The position numbers were made by a program, and so were the translations under genes. Shown here piece after piece: positions 1 through 11,081 of a stretch of DNA of 36,094 bases. A model generated the notes under the pieces. It was given only the letters and a program-made list of their open reading frames with translations, was not told the origin of the DNA and ran no database searches. Positions within the stretch are counted from its first letter, which is position 1. Each line of letters begins with the position of its first letter. Source of the stretch: Cyanobacteria bacterium J06626_4 (GTDB lineage: Bacteria; Cyanobacteriota; Cyanobacteriia; Phormidesmidales; Phormidesmidaceae); contig JBCBJQ010000060.1 in NCBI GenBank assembly GCA_038523235.1, positions 1 to 36,094 on the forward strand. The letters run 5' to 3'.

Positions 1-1
1 T

Positions 2-634
2 TTGAACCTATTTCAAACGTTCAGACGACTATATGAGCAAAACCCAGCATTGCTCAATGAGATTTTGAGCTTAGCCACGGTTGATAAGCAGATGCCTGTG
101 CGTCCTGGCAACTTTTCCTATGTGCTGGGATTAGTGACTGACAAACAGGCGCTGTTGATCACCAACGTTTCTGAAGATCGATCGCAAATCTTTTTGCAGC
201 CTCAGCTCAAAAACCAAATCTGGACGTTTGGTCGCGATCCCAATCAATCTTCTTTACCCATCCGCGATCGCCGTCTTTCGCGCTGTCATGCAGCTATTCG
301 CTTTGACTCAGCCTGCGGGTTTATGCTCCATGATTTGGGCAGCACCAATGGCACGTACGTCAATGGGGTACGCATTCGTCAAAGTCATATTTTGAAAGAT
401 GGCGATCTGATTCGCTTGGGCAGCATGAACTTTGGCTTCTTCACCGGCTCTGAGTTTCGGCGCGTCGGGTCACCATCGCCCGAAGTCGTGAGAGTGCTGA
501 GTGAAAATTCGATGCCACCGACAGCGCCGATGGACACAGTCGAAATGCCCAATATGGACGAGCAAGATTCACTCCCAGCGAATTTAGAGCAAACGCTGCG
601 TTTCATGAACCAAACTGATTTGCTGCAAGACTAA
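2..634 (+). CDS. FHA domain protein (probably 5'-truncated by the window edge)
   Basis: FHA motifs FGR...SRCHA...DLGSTNGTYVNG...LKDGDLIRLG; the ORF is open at the window start. Confidence 0.88.
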   Translation: MNLFQTFRRLYEQNPALLNEILSLATVDKQMPVRPGNFSYVLGLVTDKQALLITNVSEDRSQIFLQPQLKNQIWTFGRDPNQSSLPIRDRRLSRCHAAIRFDSACGFMLHDLGSTNGTYVNGVRIRQSHILKDGDLIRLGSMNFGFFTGSEFRRVGSPSPEVVRVLSENSMPPTAPMDTVEMPNMDEQDSLPANLEQTLRFMNQTDLLQD

Positions 635-786
635 TCGATGGTGGCGGGCTGACAGCCGTTGCTCAGGCCCAACGTGGCATGGCCGACGGGCAGTCTGGGG
701 ATCAATAACCGGGGCAAAGATCTGCCTGACGATGTCGAAGACTGGTTCACCTAATTTCAGTACGGGTTTTGCAATCGCCTGACGGG

Positions 787-1389
787 TCAAGTAGACGCCT
801 GCCAGCCGTTGACCACAGCCATTAATTCCTGGGGGGAATGCACCTGATAAGCATTGATGCCTAAGTGACGAGCCGCTTCAACGTTGCGTAGACCATCATC
901 AAAAAAGGCGATCGCTGCTGGCGCCACGTCAAGCTGAGTGACAACCTGGTGAAAAATCGCGGTATCAGGTTTCATGAGTCCCAGCTGGTACGACAGAAAT
1001 AGCTGATCAAACTGATCAAAAAAATCGTAGCGATCGCGCAGCTTTTGATAATGGGCCGGATTCGTATTGGACAGTAACGACAAATGATAGCTGTGCTTGA
1101 GCTGGCCCAAAATTTCATCACAGTCTGTCATGGGTGCCTGCACGAAGTTCAAAAATTCTTGCTGTACCTCCGCCTGAGTTACTGTTAGGTCAAATTCTCG
1201 AATGAAATCTGTCGCAAACTCGTCAAAATTGGTGCGTCCTGATTCGAAGTCCACTGGGGCACGAGCGCTGACCCACAGATGATGTAGTTCATCAATGGGG
1301 ATCGCATGACCCAGTAACGCACTCATGCGCTCGACCCACTCCAACTGCACCAACACCCCGCCCATGTCAGCAATCAGATGCGTAATCAC
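787..1389 (-). CDS. HAD-superfamily hydrolase (YihX-like)
   Basis: Motif I DMGGVL, motif II LSNT, motif III KPD, motif IV FFDD; GTG start. Confidence 0.88.
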   Translation of the reverse strand: MITHLIADMGGVLVQLEWVERMSALLGHAIPIDELHHLWVSARAPVDFESGRTNFDEFATDFIREFDLTVTQAEVQQEFLNFVQAPMTDCDEILGQLKHSYHLSLLSNTNPAHYQKLRDRYDFFDQFDQLFLSYQLGLMKPDTAIFHQVVTQLDVAPAAIAFFDDGLRNVEAARHLGINAYQVHSPQELMAVVNGWQAST

Positions 1390-1574
1390 CAGTCCTTATG
1401 CTCCTGTTGTTTAACCCAAACTTAGCGGTCACTGTCAGTCATAGTCAGGCGATCGCAGCTCATGGCGCGATTTCAGGTGAGATCGGCTCTATCGGTATCG
1501 GTTGACTCTCCGAACCACCGAGGTCGATATCTTGCCTGCTTGTCATGACGACCGATCGCCTTTGCCACCGTCTA

Positions 1575-1619
1575 TAAAACCACATCAGCCGAAGAAACTT
1601 GCAGTTCCTCCGGCTGATG
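1575..1619 (-). terminator. Probable intrinsic terminator downstream of phoX
   Basis: Stem CATCAGCCG (1583-1591) / CGGCTGATG (1611-1619) with further inner pairing, followed on the minus strand by TGGTTTTA. Confidence 0.6.
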
Positions 1620-1698
1620 GTGTCAAAAACTCCAGTTCAGAGTTTTGTGATCAGGCGCGTTGTCTAACGAGCTGGGTTGGCTAGTCCTGAGGTCGTAG

Positions 1699-1772
1699 CG
1701 GTATGGGCTCTGAGAAAAAGTATTCCTGACTGACCGTCTTAGACTGCGGTCAGTCTTAGCCAGTCCATACCG
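1699..1772. repeat. Nested inverted repeat 3' of phoX
   Basis: CGGTATGG (1699-1706) / CCATACCG (1765-1772) encloses GACTGACCG (1728-1736) / CGGTCAGTC (1747-1755). Confidence 0.6.
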
Positions 1773-1806
1773 TTGCCCTGAAGTCCTGGCAACCGCAGCC
1801 CTGCCC

Positions 1807-4014
1807 TTAGACTAAGGTGCCTCCGTCGAGCTTACGCACGGCCACCACGGCGGGACGCGGGGCTGCATTCGGCTGTTTGCTAGGCCAGTTCGAGCCGAGG
1901 GGCACGTTGCGCTCTTGCGTAAAGGGCTGACCGTCAGTCGTCTTCATGGCAAACTTGCGGGTTTCAAATGCCCCGCTTGTGCGAATGCCGTGGGTTTCGC
2001 CCGGATGCTGCGCTGCCAAGAACAGCGTGGACTGATCTTGTGTGATAAACGGCCCGCACATTTCACATTCCATCGGGCCATAGCCAAACATCAAGGCTTC
2101 ACCCGCATGGGGACCAGAGATGGGAATAAACCACACTGAGTTGTTGCCAAACAAGCCACGCAGGTTGGACTGGCTGACGGCGCTCCCGTCTTCTTCTATA
2201 CGGCTGGGGACTTCTCGGTTGTGCTTGCTGGTCGACATATCGGTCACCATCCACAGGTGACCATTGCCGTCAATCTCTAGGTTATCGGGGTTAGAGAACC
2301 CGAGACCGCCCTCCGCGGGCTCACCGCCGAGACCCATCATTACCCATTGGAAGGTCATCGCGGCAGGGTCACTGTCCGACTCTTGGAGCTTCATGATCCA
2401 GCCGTGCTCGTAGGGCGTTTCGCCGTTCGGCCCCTGAAAGATGTCGTTGTGGGGGCCACCGTCACCCCCTGGTCCTCCAGAGGTAAAGGCGATAAAGAGC
2501 GTGCCATCAGCGGCTACATCGGTATCTTCGGGACGGGCGGTATTGGTGGCTCCGGCCGCATTGGCAGCAAAGTGAGCGTCGATGAGGATGGCACCCTGCA
2601 TCTCTTCTGCCGAACCTTCGTACAGGTCGCCAAGCGTGCCGTACTGCTGGGCGAAAGCCTGCATGTCAGCATCCGACTCGATTTTCATCATGCCGCCATC
2701 AGGGCGATTGGGCATCGTGATCATACCCCCCGCTACTTGACTCGGCATATCAGGTGCCACCGGAGTATCTGCTTGGAGCGGAATCCATGTGCCTGTACCA
2801 TCGGCATTGAATTTCGCGGCATACAGCATGCCGTCAGCGAACAGTTCAGAGTTGGCTTTGCTGGTCGGATTGGTGACGGTGCCAGCACTGACAAATTTGT
2901 AGAGGTGACCGCCGCGGCGATCGCAACCGGAATACACCGCCATTTTGCGGTCTGCCACCGCCCGCACGGCCACTGCTTCATGACGGAAGCGACCCAACCA
3001 AGTGTGCTTGACGCCGTAATCGCTGGGGTTGGCTGGGTCAACCTCTACCATCCAGCCATACTTGTTGCCCGCGTAGCCAAAGCCGCTCCCTAACCCGTCA
3101 AAGCCATCGGCGCTCACCACAAAAGGCTTCGTGTCAATGGGCAGTGAGGTGCCATCGCTGTAAACCGGTTCAGGCACATAGTTTTGGAAGTTTTCTTCGG
3201 CGCTCATGACGGTGCCCCAAGGGGTGGTGCCCCCAGCACAATTGTTGAAGGTGCCGATAATGTTGTCGCTGAGATCGTCAATGTAGCCCTGGCCTGAGGC
3301 TTTGGTGAACACAGCGAGCGCTGGCCCCGTGGCGGTAAGATAGCGACCGTCAGTCAGCCCCGAGATGCCTGAAATGCGGCGATCGCCCTCCGAGAAGATC
3401 CGCTCCCAGGCTCCCGATTCGTTGCGGCGAATGGCAATCACGCCAATCCCCACATCGGTCAGCGCTTCTTTGCCCAGTTCTAGCATTTGCGCTTTGAGGC
3501 GATTGCTCTCAGACAGTCCCGCGACATCAATGCCGTCTTCACCGGCTGCTGCAATGGCGGCTTGGATGTCCTCTAGTGGCAGGTTACGGCCAATCACCTC
3601 GGGATAAGATGCCATCCAGGTGGCTTCGCTGATGTATTCGAAGTTGATGGTCAGATAGCCTTCGCCCGGTGCCGTTTCGACAAACGAGAGATAGTCGTTG
3701 TTATACCCAAACCGAGAATCACCCAGGGTGTCACCCCACGCACCAATGACGTCATAGGTGTAGCCTGACGGCAGCACCAAGTCATCCCGCACCGCATATT
3801 GCCCCAGCCGTTGAGCTTGTTCGCTCAGCGGGATGCCCCCACTCAAAACCGGCATGGGCCCCTGAACGGGCTCAAAGGGTAGCGAACTGGCTAGTGCTGG
3901 TGACCCTTGAAAAAGGTCTGCGACGGGCTCTCCTGACCGACCCAAAGGCCCCAAAGCCGTTGCCCCGGCAGTCGCTCCCATAAACATCAAAAATTGCCTG
4001 CGGTTAAAACCCAT
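1807..4014 (-). CDS. phoX: PhoX-family alkaline phosphatase, Tat-exported
   Basis: Tat motif NRRQFL; PhoX motifs NCAGGTTPWGT..SAEEN, GRFRHEA, RPED, NPDNL, EMCGP, QHPGE. Confidence 0.93.
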   Translation of the reverse strand: MGFNRRQFLMFMGATAGATALGPLGRSGEPVADLFQGSPALASSLPFEPVQGPMPVLSGGIPLSEQAQRLGQYAVRDDLVLPSGYTYDVIGAWGDTLGDSRFGYNNDYLSFVETAPGEGYLTINFEYISEATWMASYPEVIGRNLPLEDIQAAIAAAGEDGIDVAGLSESNRLKAQMLELGKEALTDVGIGVIAIRRNESGAWERIFSEGDRRISGISGLTDGRYLTATGPALAVFTKASGQGYIDDLSDNIIGTFNNCAGGTTPWGTVMSAEENFQNYVPEPVYSDGTSLPIDTKPFVVSADGFDGLGSGFGYAGNKYGWMVEVDPANPSDYGVKHTWLGRFRHEAVAVRAVADRKMAVYSGCDRRGGHLYKFVSAGTVTNPTSKANSELFADGMLYAAKFNADGTGTWIPLQADTPVAPDMPSQVAGGMITMPNRPDGGMMKIESDADMQAFAQQYGTLGDLYEGSAEEMQGAILIDAHFAANAAGATNTARPEDTDVAADGTLFIAFTSGGPGGDGGPHNDIFQGPNGETPYEHGWIMKLQESDSDPAAMTFQWVMMGLGGEPAEGGLGFSNPDNLEIDGNGHLWMVTDMSTSKHNREVPSRIEEDGSAVSQSNLRGLFGNNSVWFIPISGPHAGEALMFGYGPMECEMCGPFITQDQSTLFLAAQHPGETHGIRTSGAFETRKFAMKTTDGQPFTQERNVPLGSNWPSKQPNAAPRPAVVAVRKLDGGTLV

Positions 4015-4523
4015 GGTCCTCTCAACTCTCTCTCTTCAACATTTTGATTAGGGCTGCTGAGGCCTCGGCACGCTGGATTTTTGCCCGACCATAAAGTTTA
4101 AGATCTGAGGCAACTGGCCATCGCGTCAATCGCTCAGCATCGATTGTTCAATGCTTGAAATGCCAGCGTTTAGCGGTTTCTAAACGCTTACCAGTTGAAA
4201 ACTTTATCGGTTCAAGATTAATGCTAGGTAATCGTAACTTTATGACTTGGGGAATTTGGCGGATCCAGGCGTCAAAACTAGCAAACAGGCGCAATATCGA
4301 GACTGGTGAGTCCTTTGAACTTTGATTCTGTTCCGCCACCAGAGCATGCTGGAGATTCCGAACACGCCGGTGGCAAGCTGTTTAGGATGACGAAACAATG
4401 GGGTCAGGTATGGCCCTGATGATCGCTCAACTCAAAGTCGCGATGCCGGAATTGGCAATGCCTGAAAAGACCGTTCTGAGAGTATTGCAGAGGCCAATGG
4501 TGATGCCGGCGAAATTTGGACCG

Positions 4524-5432
4524 TTAGGGCACGACGGTAGTGTCTAACAGAGCGGCAATAATGGCTGTGGCTTGGTGGCCCCCGGCGGGAATCAGGCGAT
4601 GAGCCAGCACGTAAGGAGCCAGGTGTTTGACGTCATCGGGGGTGGCGTAGTCGCGATCGCTCAAAAACGCAAACGCCTGCACGGCGCGATAAAAGGCCAC
4701 GCTGCCACGCGGACTTGCCCCCAGCGTCACGTCGGGATGTTCGCGGGTGGCTCGCACCAGCGACAAGATGTACTGCTTCACCGACGCTTCGATGCGCACC
4801 TGGGCACACTGCGCCTGAATCGTAGCCACCTCTTCGGGCGTGATGCAGGGCTGCAAGTCTTGCGATCGGGGGGCTGTAACTAAGCGCTCGAGCATTTGCG
4901 ATTCCTCTGATTCAGAGGGGTAGCCCAAGGTGAAAGACAGGGCAAAGCGATCCATCTGGGCTTCCGGCAGCGGAAACGTGCCCTGATATTCCACTGGGTT
5001 TTGGGTCGCAATCACAAAAAATGGCGTCGGCACTGGGCGCGACACCCCATCCAAGGTCATCTGATGTTCTTCCATCACCTCTAGCAGGGCGGACTGAGTA
5101 CGGGGTGTGGCGCGGTTGATTTCATCCGCTAACAGTACGTGGGCAAAAATCGGCCCCGGCATAAACTGAAACTCGCCGCTACTGGGATTCCAAATATTGG
5201 TGCCGGTAATGTCAGCGGGCAAGAGATCGGGCGTACACTGCACGCGCTGAAAGGTACCGTCAATGCAGCGGGCGAGCGACTTGGCCAACAGCGTTTTACC
5301 CACCCCCGGCACATCTTCTAACAGAGCGTGTCCACCCGAGAAAAGCGCCACCAGCACCAACCGGATGGCGTCCTCTTTACCGACCACAGTTTTGCCGAGG
5401 TTTTCTATCAGCTGATGCACGCGATCGCCCAT
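4524..5432 (-). CDS. moxR: MoxR-family AAA+ ATPase
   Basis: EDVPGVGKT Walker A, TPDLLPADITG, LADEINRA, ATQNPVE, PLPEAQMDRF, GASPRG. Confidence 0.93.
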   Translation of the reverse strand: MGDRVHQLIENLGKTVVGKEDAIRLVLVALFSGGHALLEDVPGVGKTLLAKSLARCIDGTFQRVQCTPDLLPADITGTNIWNPSSGEFQFMPGPIFAHVLLADEINRATPRTQSALLEVMEEHQMTLDGVSRPVPTPFFVIATQNPVEYQGTFPLPEAQMDRFALSFTLGYPSESEESQMLERLVTAPRSQDLQPCITPEEVATIQAQCAQVRIEASVKQYILSLVRATREHPDVTLGASPRGSVAFYRAVQAFAFLSDRDYATPDDVKHLAPYVLAHRLIPAGGHQATAIIAALLDTTVVP

Positions 5433-5491
5433 ATCCTGTTTCCTTAGGGAGTATGGCCCTATGATGCCCCGCCATCCGTAGAATTGCCCAC

Positions 5492-6541
5492 TTACAAGAG
5501 CGCTGCCGCGGCTTCACAATCGGCCTGAATCTGGGCTTTAAGGAGATCGAGGGACGCAAAGCGCTGCTCGGGTCGGAGGAAGCTTTGGAGAGCGACAGTC
5601 AGGATCTGGCCATAAAGATTGCCCTGCCAGCCGAGCAGATGCACTTCAATGGCTTGATGTTGGCCATTAACGGTGGGGCGCACGCCCAGATTCATGACGC
5701 CGGGGAGGCCTTGGCCCGGTGCAGCGCCCGGCACATCGTAAACCAACACACTGTAGACCCCCGTGCGGGGCAAAAATTTCTCAGGCGGGAGCTGCAGATT
5801 TGCCGTAGGGAAACCGAGTGTACGGCCCAACTGTTGCCCTTTGACGACCTGACCAATCAAACGATAGGGACGTCCCATCAGCTGCTGTACCGGGTCGATA
5901 TCGCCGGTACATAGAGCTTGGCGAATGCGAGAGCTACTAATGCGATCGCCAGCCGATTGAGCGAGATCGACCACCGTGACGCGGGTGCCGTGTTGGGTCG
6001 CTAGCCGCTCTAAGAGGCTGACAGTGCCCGCTCGCTGATGGCCAAATCGGAAGTCTGACCCAACGCTGATATGTTGGGCCTGTAGGCGCTTAAGTAAAAC
6101 TTTTTCGACAAAAACTTCGGGCGGCAGATGGGCCAGCTCGGCGTTAAAGGGGAGTAGCAACAGTTGGCGAACGCCGAGCTGTTTCATCAGCGCTGCTTTT
6201 TCGGCTAGGGGGGTCAGCCAGGGACGAACTTCGCCGGCAAAGAATTCTTGGGGGTGGGGATAAAAGGTCACCACTGTGGGCATCGGCGACGGCGCCCCCA
6301 ACGGGAGCTCCGCCGGCGGCGAAGCAGCCTGAAAGTCACAAGGCTCTAGCAAGGAAGGGCAGCGATCGCTATAGCCGCGCAGTGACGAAAAGGTGAGCGG
6401 TGCAGCGACCGCGGTCGCTGCAGCGGTGGCTGCCACAATGGGACGGATGACAGTCTGATGGCCGAGGTGCACACCGTCAAAGTTCCCCAAGGCAATGTCC
6501 GTTGGGGTGTAAGCCGTTGATAAGGAAGACGTGATCCACAC
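5492..6541 (-). CDS. ribF: Bifunctional riboflavin kinase / FAD synthetase
   Basis: GNFDGVHLGH, TFYPHP, GSDFRFG, ISSSRIR, GRTLGFPTAN, EVHLL; probable GTG start at 6541 (MWITSS), ORF track starts at 6559. Confidence 0.95.
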   Translation of the reverse strand: MWITSSLSTAYTPTDIALGNFDGVHLGHQTVIRPIVAATAAATAVAAPLTFSSLRGYSDRCPSLLEPCDFQAASPPAELPLGAPSPMPTVVTFYPHPQEFFAGEVRPWLTPLAEKAALMKQLGVRQLLLLPFNAELAHLPPEVFVEKVLLKRLQAQHISVGSDFRFGHQRAGTVSLLERLATQHGTRVTVVDLAQSAGDRISSSRIRQALCTGDIDPVQQLMGRPYRLIGQVVKGQQLGRTLGFPTANLQLPPEKFLPRTGVYSVLVYDVPGAAPGQGLPGVMNLGVRPTVNGQHQAIEVHLLGWQGNLYGQILTVALQSFLRPEQRFASLDLLKAQIQADCEAAAALL

Positions 6542-6683
6542 GTTTACATTTTGACACAATCCGGCACCGACGCCAGCCGTCTTGAATCAGCAGGCCACAA
6601 AATTACTCTGACAGGCACATTCAAGTACATTGATGCCGTTGCCATCATGGCCGGAGTCCGACACCGCGAGATGGCGGTCTGGC

Positions 6684-7559
6684 CTAAACGACGATGGCCG
6701 GTTCAGGGGCCGACATCAGATCAATGACCATGCCCTCTTTGGCCACCACGCTATTGGGAAACTGCTCTGCCGTATCTTGAGCGACTTCATCCATAAAGTC
6801 ATCATTATGCAGCGGATCATGGTGAAAAATGACTAGCTGCTTAACGTTAGCCGCCTTGGCAATTTTGACCGCCTCTTGCCAGGTCGAATGGCCCCAGCCG
6901 ACCTTGCTCGACTTTTCGTTGTGGTATTCGTTATCGGTGTAGGTCGAGTCGTAAATCATGACGTCGGCATCACGCGACAGCCATAGCACGTTCTCATCCA
7001 AGCGGTCGGGAAAATGCTCGGTGTCAGTGATGTAAGCAGCCGTTTTACCATTCCAACTGACCCGATAGCCGACGGCTTCGCCAGGGTGGTTGAGCAAGGT
7101 ATTTTCGACTTTGACGTCGCCAACTTTGACGGTTTCACCAACATCAATGTCGCAGAATTTCATGTCGGCTCCCATGATCTGCAACGGTACGGGGAAGTTG
7201 GGGTGCAGCATCTGGTCATTGAGGCGCTGCTCAATGGTGGAGCCGTTGGGAGCAATCGCCCCATAAATATTGATCTTGTTGCCGGGCACAAAGGCCGGCA
7301 CAAAGAACGGAAACCCTTGAATGTGATCCCAATGGGAATGCGTAAAAAACATCGTCGCATCCATCGGCATCTCAGACAGCAATTTTAAGCCCAGCTCGCG
7401 CAGGCCCGTGCCGCCGTCAAAGACCAATAAGTTGCCGCCAACGCGCATCTCAATACAAGACGTGTTGCCGCCGTAGCGAACAGTATGGGAGCCCGGGCAG
7501 GCAATGCTGCCTCTAACCCCCCAGAAGCGGATCAAAAACTGGTTCTCTGTATCAGACAT
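6684..7559 (-). CDS. Metallo-beta-lactamase-fold hydrolase
   Basis: FWGVRGS, YGGNTSC, THSHWDHIQG, HPG, TDTEH, GWGHS, FHHDP. Confidence 0.9.
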   Translation of the reverse strand: MSDTENQFLIRFWGVRGSIACPGSHTVRYGGNTSCIEMRVGGNLLVFDGGTGLRELGLKLLSEMPMDATMFFTHSHWDHIQGFPFFVPAFVPGNKINIYGAIAPNGSTIEQRLNDQMLHPNFPVPLQIMGADMKFCDIDVGETVKVGDVKVENTLLNHPGEAVGYRVSWNGKTAAYITDTEHFPDRLDENVLWLSRDADVMIYDSTYTDNEYHNEKSSKVGWGHSTWQEAVKIAKAANVKQLVIFHHDPLHNDDFMDEVAQDTAEQFPNSVVAKEGMVIDLMSAPEPAIVV

Positions 7560-7751
7560 GAGTGTGCTGCTGCAAAATTGGCGAGTCGCTAAGGAATATG
7601 CCCCGACGCTGACGATTAATATCCCTAATAGTATGGAAAATATTTAAAACTAGCTTCTTCAAAGTGTTGCCCCAACATAATTCTATCTACTCTGTTTGTG
7701 GTGAATCTTTACAAAGTCTCAAAAACCAGCAGCCGGGATTCTTCTGACTCT

Positions 7752-8636
7752 TTATGGTTTCATCTCAGAGCCCAGCTGATCAGGATGATGTGAGGGGCGG
7801 TCGCGCTGCGATTGCCATGATTGCAATTGCCCAATGCCCAGAGGGGACGTCAGATTGTAGTGCAGTGGGGTCAAGGTGATGAGATTTTGACGAATGGCGA
7901 CCACATCAATGGGGACGTTCTTTAAGGTACCAAACTCCGATAATCGCTGCAGTTGCTCTGACAGCAATTGATAGCTGTCTTCCTGGTGAGCCACCTCTTC
8001 TAAGACTTCTCCAGCGAGCCAGTAGTAGGTTTTACCACGCGGGTCAATGCGCTTTTCAAATAGATCCACATAACGGCGCACGCCTTGACGAGCAATCACG
8101 CTGCCCTGAATGTCGGTGGCTGCCACCGCCGGAATATTGACGTTAAGCAACAGCGGTTGGGGAAATGGCTGGTGCGTCAGGGTGTCAAGTAGCGTTTGGG
8201 CAAACTGGGCAGCGGGTTGGAAATGCTCTGAGGTAAAGCTGTTGAGACTCAACGCGATCGCCGGAATGCCCTCAATTAGCCCTTCCATCGCCGCCGAAAC
8301 GGTGCCGGAGTATAAGACGTCGGTGCCCAGATTGGCGCCATGATTGATGCCTGACAGGACCACGTCGGGCGGCTCTGGCAAAATGGCCCCGAGCGCCAGC
8401 TTGACACAATCCGCCGGGGTGCCAGAACAGGCCCAGGCGGCCACAGCGGGGTGAAAAACCCCTTCGACCGCCTCGGCACGAATGGGTTTATGTAGGGTCA
8501 AGCCATGCCCCGTGGCTGACCGCTCGCGATCGGGACAGACGACGGCCACCTGATGGCCAGCGGCTGCCAGGGTATCGGCCAGGGTGCGAATGCCCGTGGC
8601 GAAGACACCGTCATCGTTGCTAATGAGCAGTTTCAT
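7752..8636 (-). CDS. surE: 5'/3'-nucleotidase SurE
   Basis: [41 protein letters not shown]. Confidence 0.96.
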   Translation of the reverse strand: MKLLISNDDGVFATGIRTLADTLAAAGHQVAVVCPDRERSATGHGLTLHKPIRAEAVEGVFHPAVAAWACSGTPADCVKLALGAILPEPPDVVLSGINHGANLGTDVLYSGTVSAAMEGLIEGIPAIALSLNSFTSEHFQPAAQFAQTLLDTLTHQPFPQPLLLNVNIPAVAATDIQGSVIARQGVRRYVDLFEKRIDPRGKTYYWLAGEVLEEVAHQEDSYQLLSEQLQRLSEFGTLKNVPIDVVAIRQNLITLTPLHYNLTSPLGIGQLQSWQSQRDRPSHHPDQLGSEMKP

Positions 8637-8945
8637 AAGATTCCGGTTAGACCACTTTAAAGCAGCGCAGTTTAAGAGTGATTATCTTGAATTTTGGCTA
8701 ATATTGCCGACTCTAGCGCTGCTCTGAGGGTTCCCATTTGCGGCCTGCGCGCTTCGCGATCGCGGCTCCCATAGATTAAAGTAAAGGTGTTCTCACCTTG
8801 ATTTGCCGCTGTGGGGAAGGTCTGGCACCAGTCGCCCCTCAGGTTTTAATCAAAGCGGCAATTCACCACCTGTTTTTTTAGAGAACACACGGCCGCTAAG
8901 TCCTCAACCTCGCTCTTCCTATCGCCATCATTGAAGTTTTCTGGT

Positions 8946-9947
8946 ATGCCTGAACTCTCGACTGATTTAGAATCTGAGCTGCAATCTCTACAAACCGCCG
9001 GTGTGGAGGCGATCGCCCAGGCGACAGACCTAGAATCCTTAGAGAAAATTCGCCTGGATTATCTCGGTAAGAAGGGCAAAGTTTCTAAGGTGTTGGGTAG
9101 CATGGGCAAATTGCCCGCCGCCGACCGCCCCCGCATTGGCGCGTTAGCTAACCAGGTTAAAGAGGCGATTCAAACCCGGTTAGAAGCGGGCAAGGCCGAC
9201 TTTCAACAGGCCGCCATTAACGCTCAGCTGGCGGCAGAAACACTGGACGTGACGATGCCGGGCGTTTTCGCTGCTCAGGGCCGGGTGCACCCGATCAATA
9301 GCATCATTGACCAAATCACCGAAATCTTTGTCGGCCTCGGCTACACCGTTGCGGGTGGGCCAGAAATTGAGTCCGACTATTACAACTTTGAGGCGCTCAA
9401 CTTTTTGCCCGATCACCCCGCTCGGGATATGCAAGATACGCTCTATCTGCCCAATGGCGACCTGCTGCGCACCCACACCTCTAACGTGCAAATTCGCTAT
9501 ATGAAAGAGCATAAGCCGCCCTGCCGGGTGTTAGCCGCTGGGCGCTGCTATCGTCGCGATACGGTCGATGCGACCCATGCGGCAGTGTTTCACCAGATTG
9601 AATTTTTCGCGATTGATAAAGGCATTACCTTTACCGATCTGCGGGGTACAATTCGGGCGTTTATTGACGCTTTATTCGGCGATATTCCCATTCGCTTTCG
9701 GCCCAGTTTCTTTCCGTTTACCGAGCCTTCGGCGGAGGTCGATGTTGAGTGGAACGGCCAATGGCTAGAAGTGCTGGGCTGCGGCATGATCGACCCTAAC
9801 GTCATGAAAGCCGTCGGCTATGACCCGGAGGTCTACACGGGCTTTGCCGCTGGCCTAGGCGTCGAGCGCCTAGCGATGGTGCAGCATGAAATCGACGATA
9901 TTCGCCGCCTTTACAGCAGCGATTTGCGGTTTTTGCAGCAGTTTTAG
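8946..9947 (+). CDS. pheS: Phenylalanyl-tRNA synthetase alpha subunit
   Basis: [67 protein letters not shown] at 8946. Confidence 0.97.
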   Translation: MPELSTDLESELQSLQTAGVEAIAQATDLESLEKIRLDYLGKKGKVSKVLGSMGKLPAADRPRIGALANQVKEAIQTRLEAGKADFQQAAINAQLAAETLDVTMPGVFAAQGRVHPINSIIDQITEIFVGLGYTVAGGPEIESDYYNFEALNFLPDHPARDMQDTLYLPNGDLLRTHTSNVQIRYMKEHKPPCRVLAAGRCYRRDTVDATHAAVFHQIEFFAIDKGITFTDLRGTIRAFIDALFGDIPIRFRPSFFPFTEPSAEVDVEWNGQWLEVLGCGMIDPNVMKAVGYDPEVYTGFAAGLGVERLAMVQHEIDDIRRLYSSDLRFLQQF

Positions 9948-10038
9948 GGCGACCCAAACGCGCAACCGGTTGATCGGGAACTGTTGGCTGGTTATCAGTG
10001 AGGCCAGCACCTGCTGAATGCTGCCTTCCACAGTCGCA

Positions 10039-10740
10039 TCACAGCTTCGACGCGGATGAGGTTTCTTCAGCAATGATGGTGACTGCTGCCTGCAGATTAT
10101 CCACAATAAAGTCAGGATTGTAAGCCGCCAGCCGATCGCGATCGCGAATGCCACTCAGCACCGCAATCATCGGCAAGTTATGGGCCTTGGCGGCTTCAAT
10201 ATCCGCTTCCGTATCGCCGACCATCCAGGTTTCTGAAACGGGTGAAAGTTCGGCCAGGGCTTCGCCCACCAGTCGCGTCTTCTCAATCACGTCATGGCTT
10301 TTGACATATTGATCAGGCAAGCAATAGCGCACCTGAGGGGGAAAAAAATGCTCTAACGCATATTGTGACAGCGCAAACCCCAATGCATATTGCCGTCGCA
10401 TTGTCACCACTGCTAGATGCTCAGTGAGGTGCTGAATGCGTTGCAAAGCCTCAACCGCATGGGTGACGGGGCAATCATATTTGAGGTAGGCGCGATTATG
10501 CACCATCTCTCGCCGCAGCAGGGCAAATCGCCGCGCCTGATCATCATGCAGCCCAGAGATCCCGCCAATTTGACGCTCTGGCACCTGCGCCCGCTTAAGC
10601 CGCCAAAACTCCCGCTTGGGTAGCTGAGTCACCGCCTGCCCCGGCTCGCGCGCAGCCTCAAGGCAGTACTGGTAAACCTGGTAATACCGCTCTGACACAT
10701 CCATGATCGGACCGTCAAAATCGGTGAAAATGCGCAACAT
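10039..10740 (-). CDS. HAD-superfamily hydrolase
   Basis: Motif I DFDGPI, motif IV GDTEAD, GIR; probable ATG at 10740. Confidence 0.87.
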   Translation of the reverse strand: MLRIFTDFDGPIMDVSERYYQVYQYCLEAAREPGQAVTQLPKREFWRLKRAQVPERQIGGISGLHDDQARRFALLRREMVHNRAYLKYDCPVTHAVEALQRIQHLTEHLAVVTMRRQYALGFALSQYALEHFFPPQVRYCLPDQYVKSHDVIEKTRLVGEALAELSPVSETWMVGDTEADIEAAKAHNLPMIAVLSGIRDRDRLAAYNPDFIVDNLQAAVTIIAEETSSASKL

Positions 10741-11081
10741 GTTCAGCAAATAGCCTCAAAGCGGAAAGGGGTCAGACAAGATCGCAACAGGCTGCGCCAA
10801 TGAAGAATTGTTAAGGAAAATCCTTACTTATCTTGCCACTTTGTCAGACTGCGTGGTTGGCAATTCGGTGGTTTGAGTAAATCTGTGAACCATCGAGCCT
10901 AGTGGTTATCGAGTGAGTCAACTCCATTTATTCAATAACTGGACTCAAGCGCCAAAACAATGATGCTTGATCGCCCGGCGTGTTTGATTATCCCCCTTAA
11001 CCGCACCGACTTGGGCAAGACAAGGTGCTTTTGTTCTAGACAGAACGATACAATTTACCCAGTAAAACCGAGTAAAAAATC

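Noticed and set aside
2347..3093. 248-aa plus-strand ORF and the other long antisense or overlapping ORFs in the track (e.g. 14437-15030, 20736-21299, 34836-35285)
   Set aside because: They shadow well-supported genes and show no recognisable motifs.
4190..4245. Possible Pho box upstream of phoX (minus strand GATTACCT / ATTAATCT, 11-bp spacing)
   Set aside because: Too many mismatches to the cyanobacterial PyTTAAPyPy(T/A) consensus to call.
4524..8636. surE / MBL hydrolase / ribF / moxR cluster as a novel system
   Set aside because: Appears to be a conserved cyanobacterial housekeeping arrangement; no VWA partner or other unusual gene in view.
8946..9947. pheS without an adjacent pheT
   Set aside because: Separation of pheS and pheT is common in cyanobacteria.
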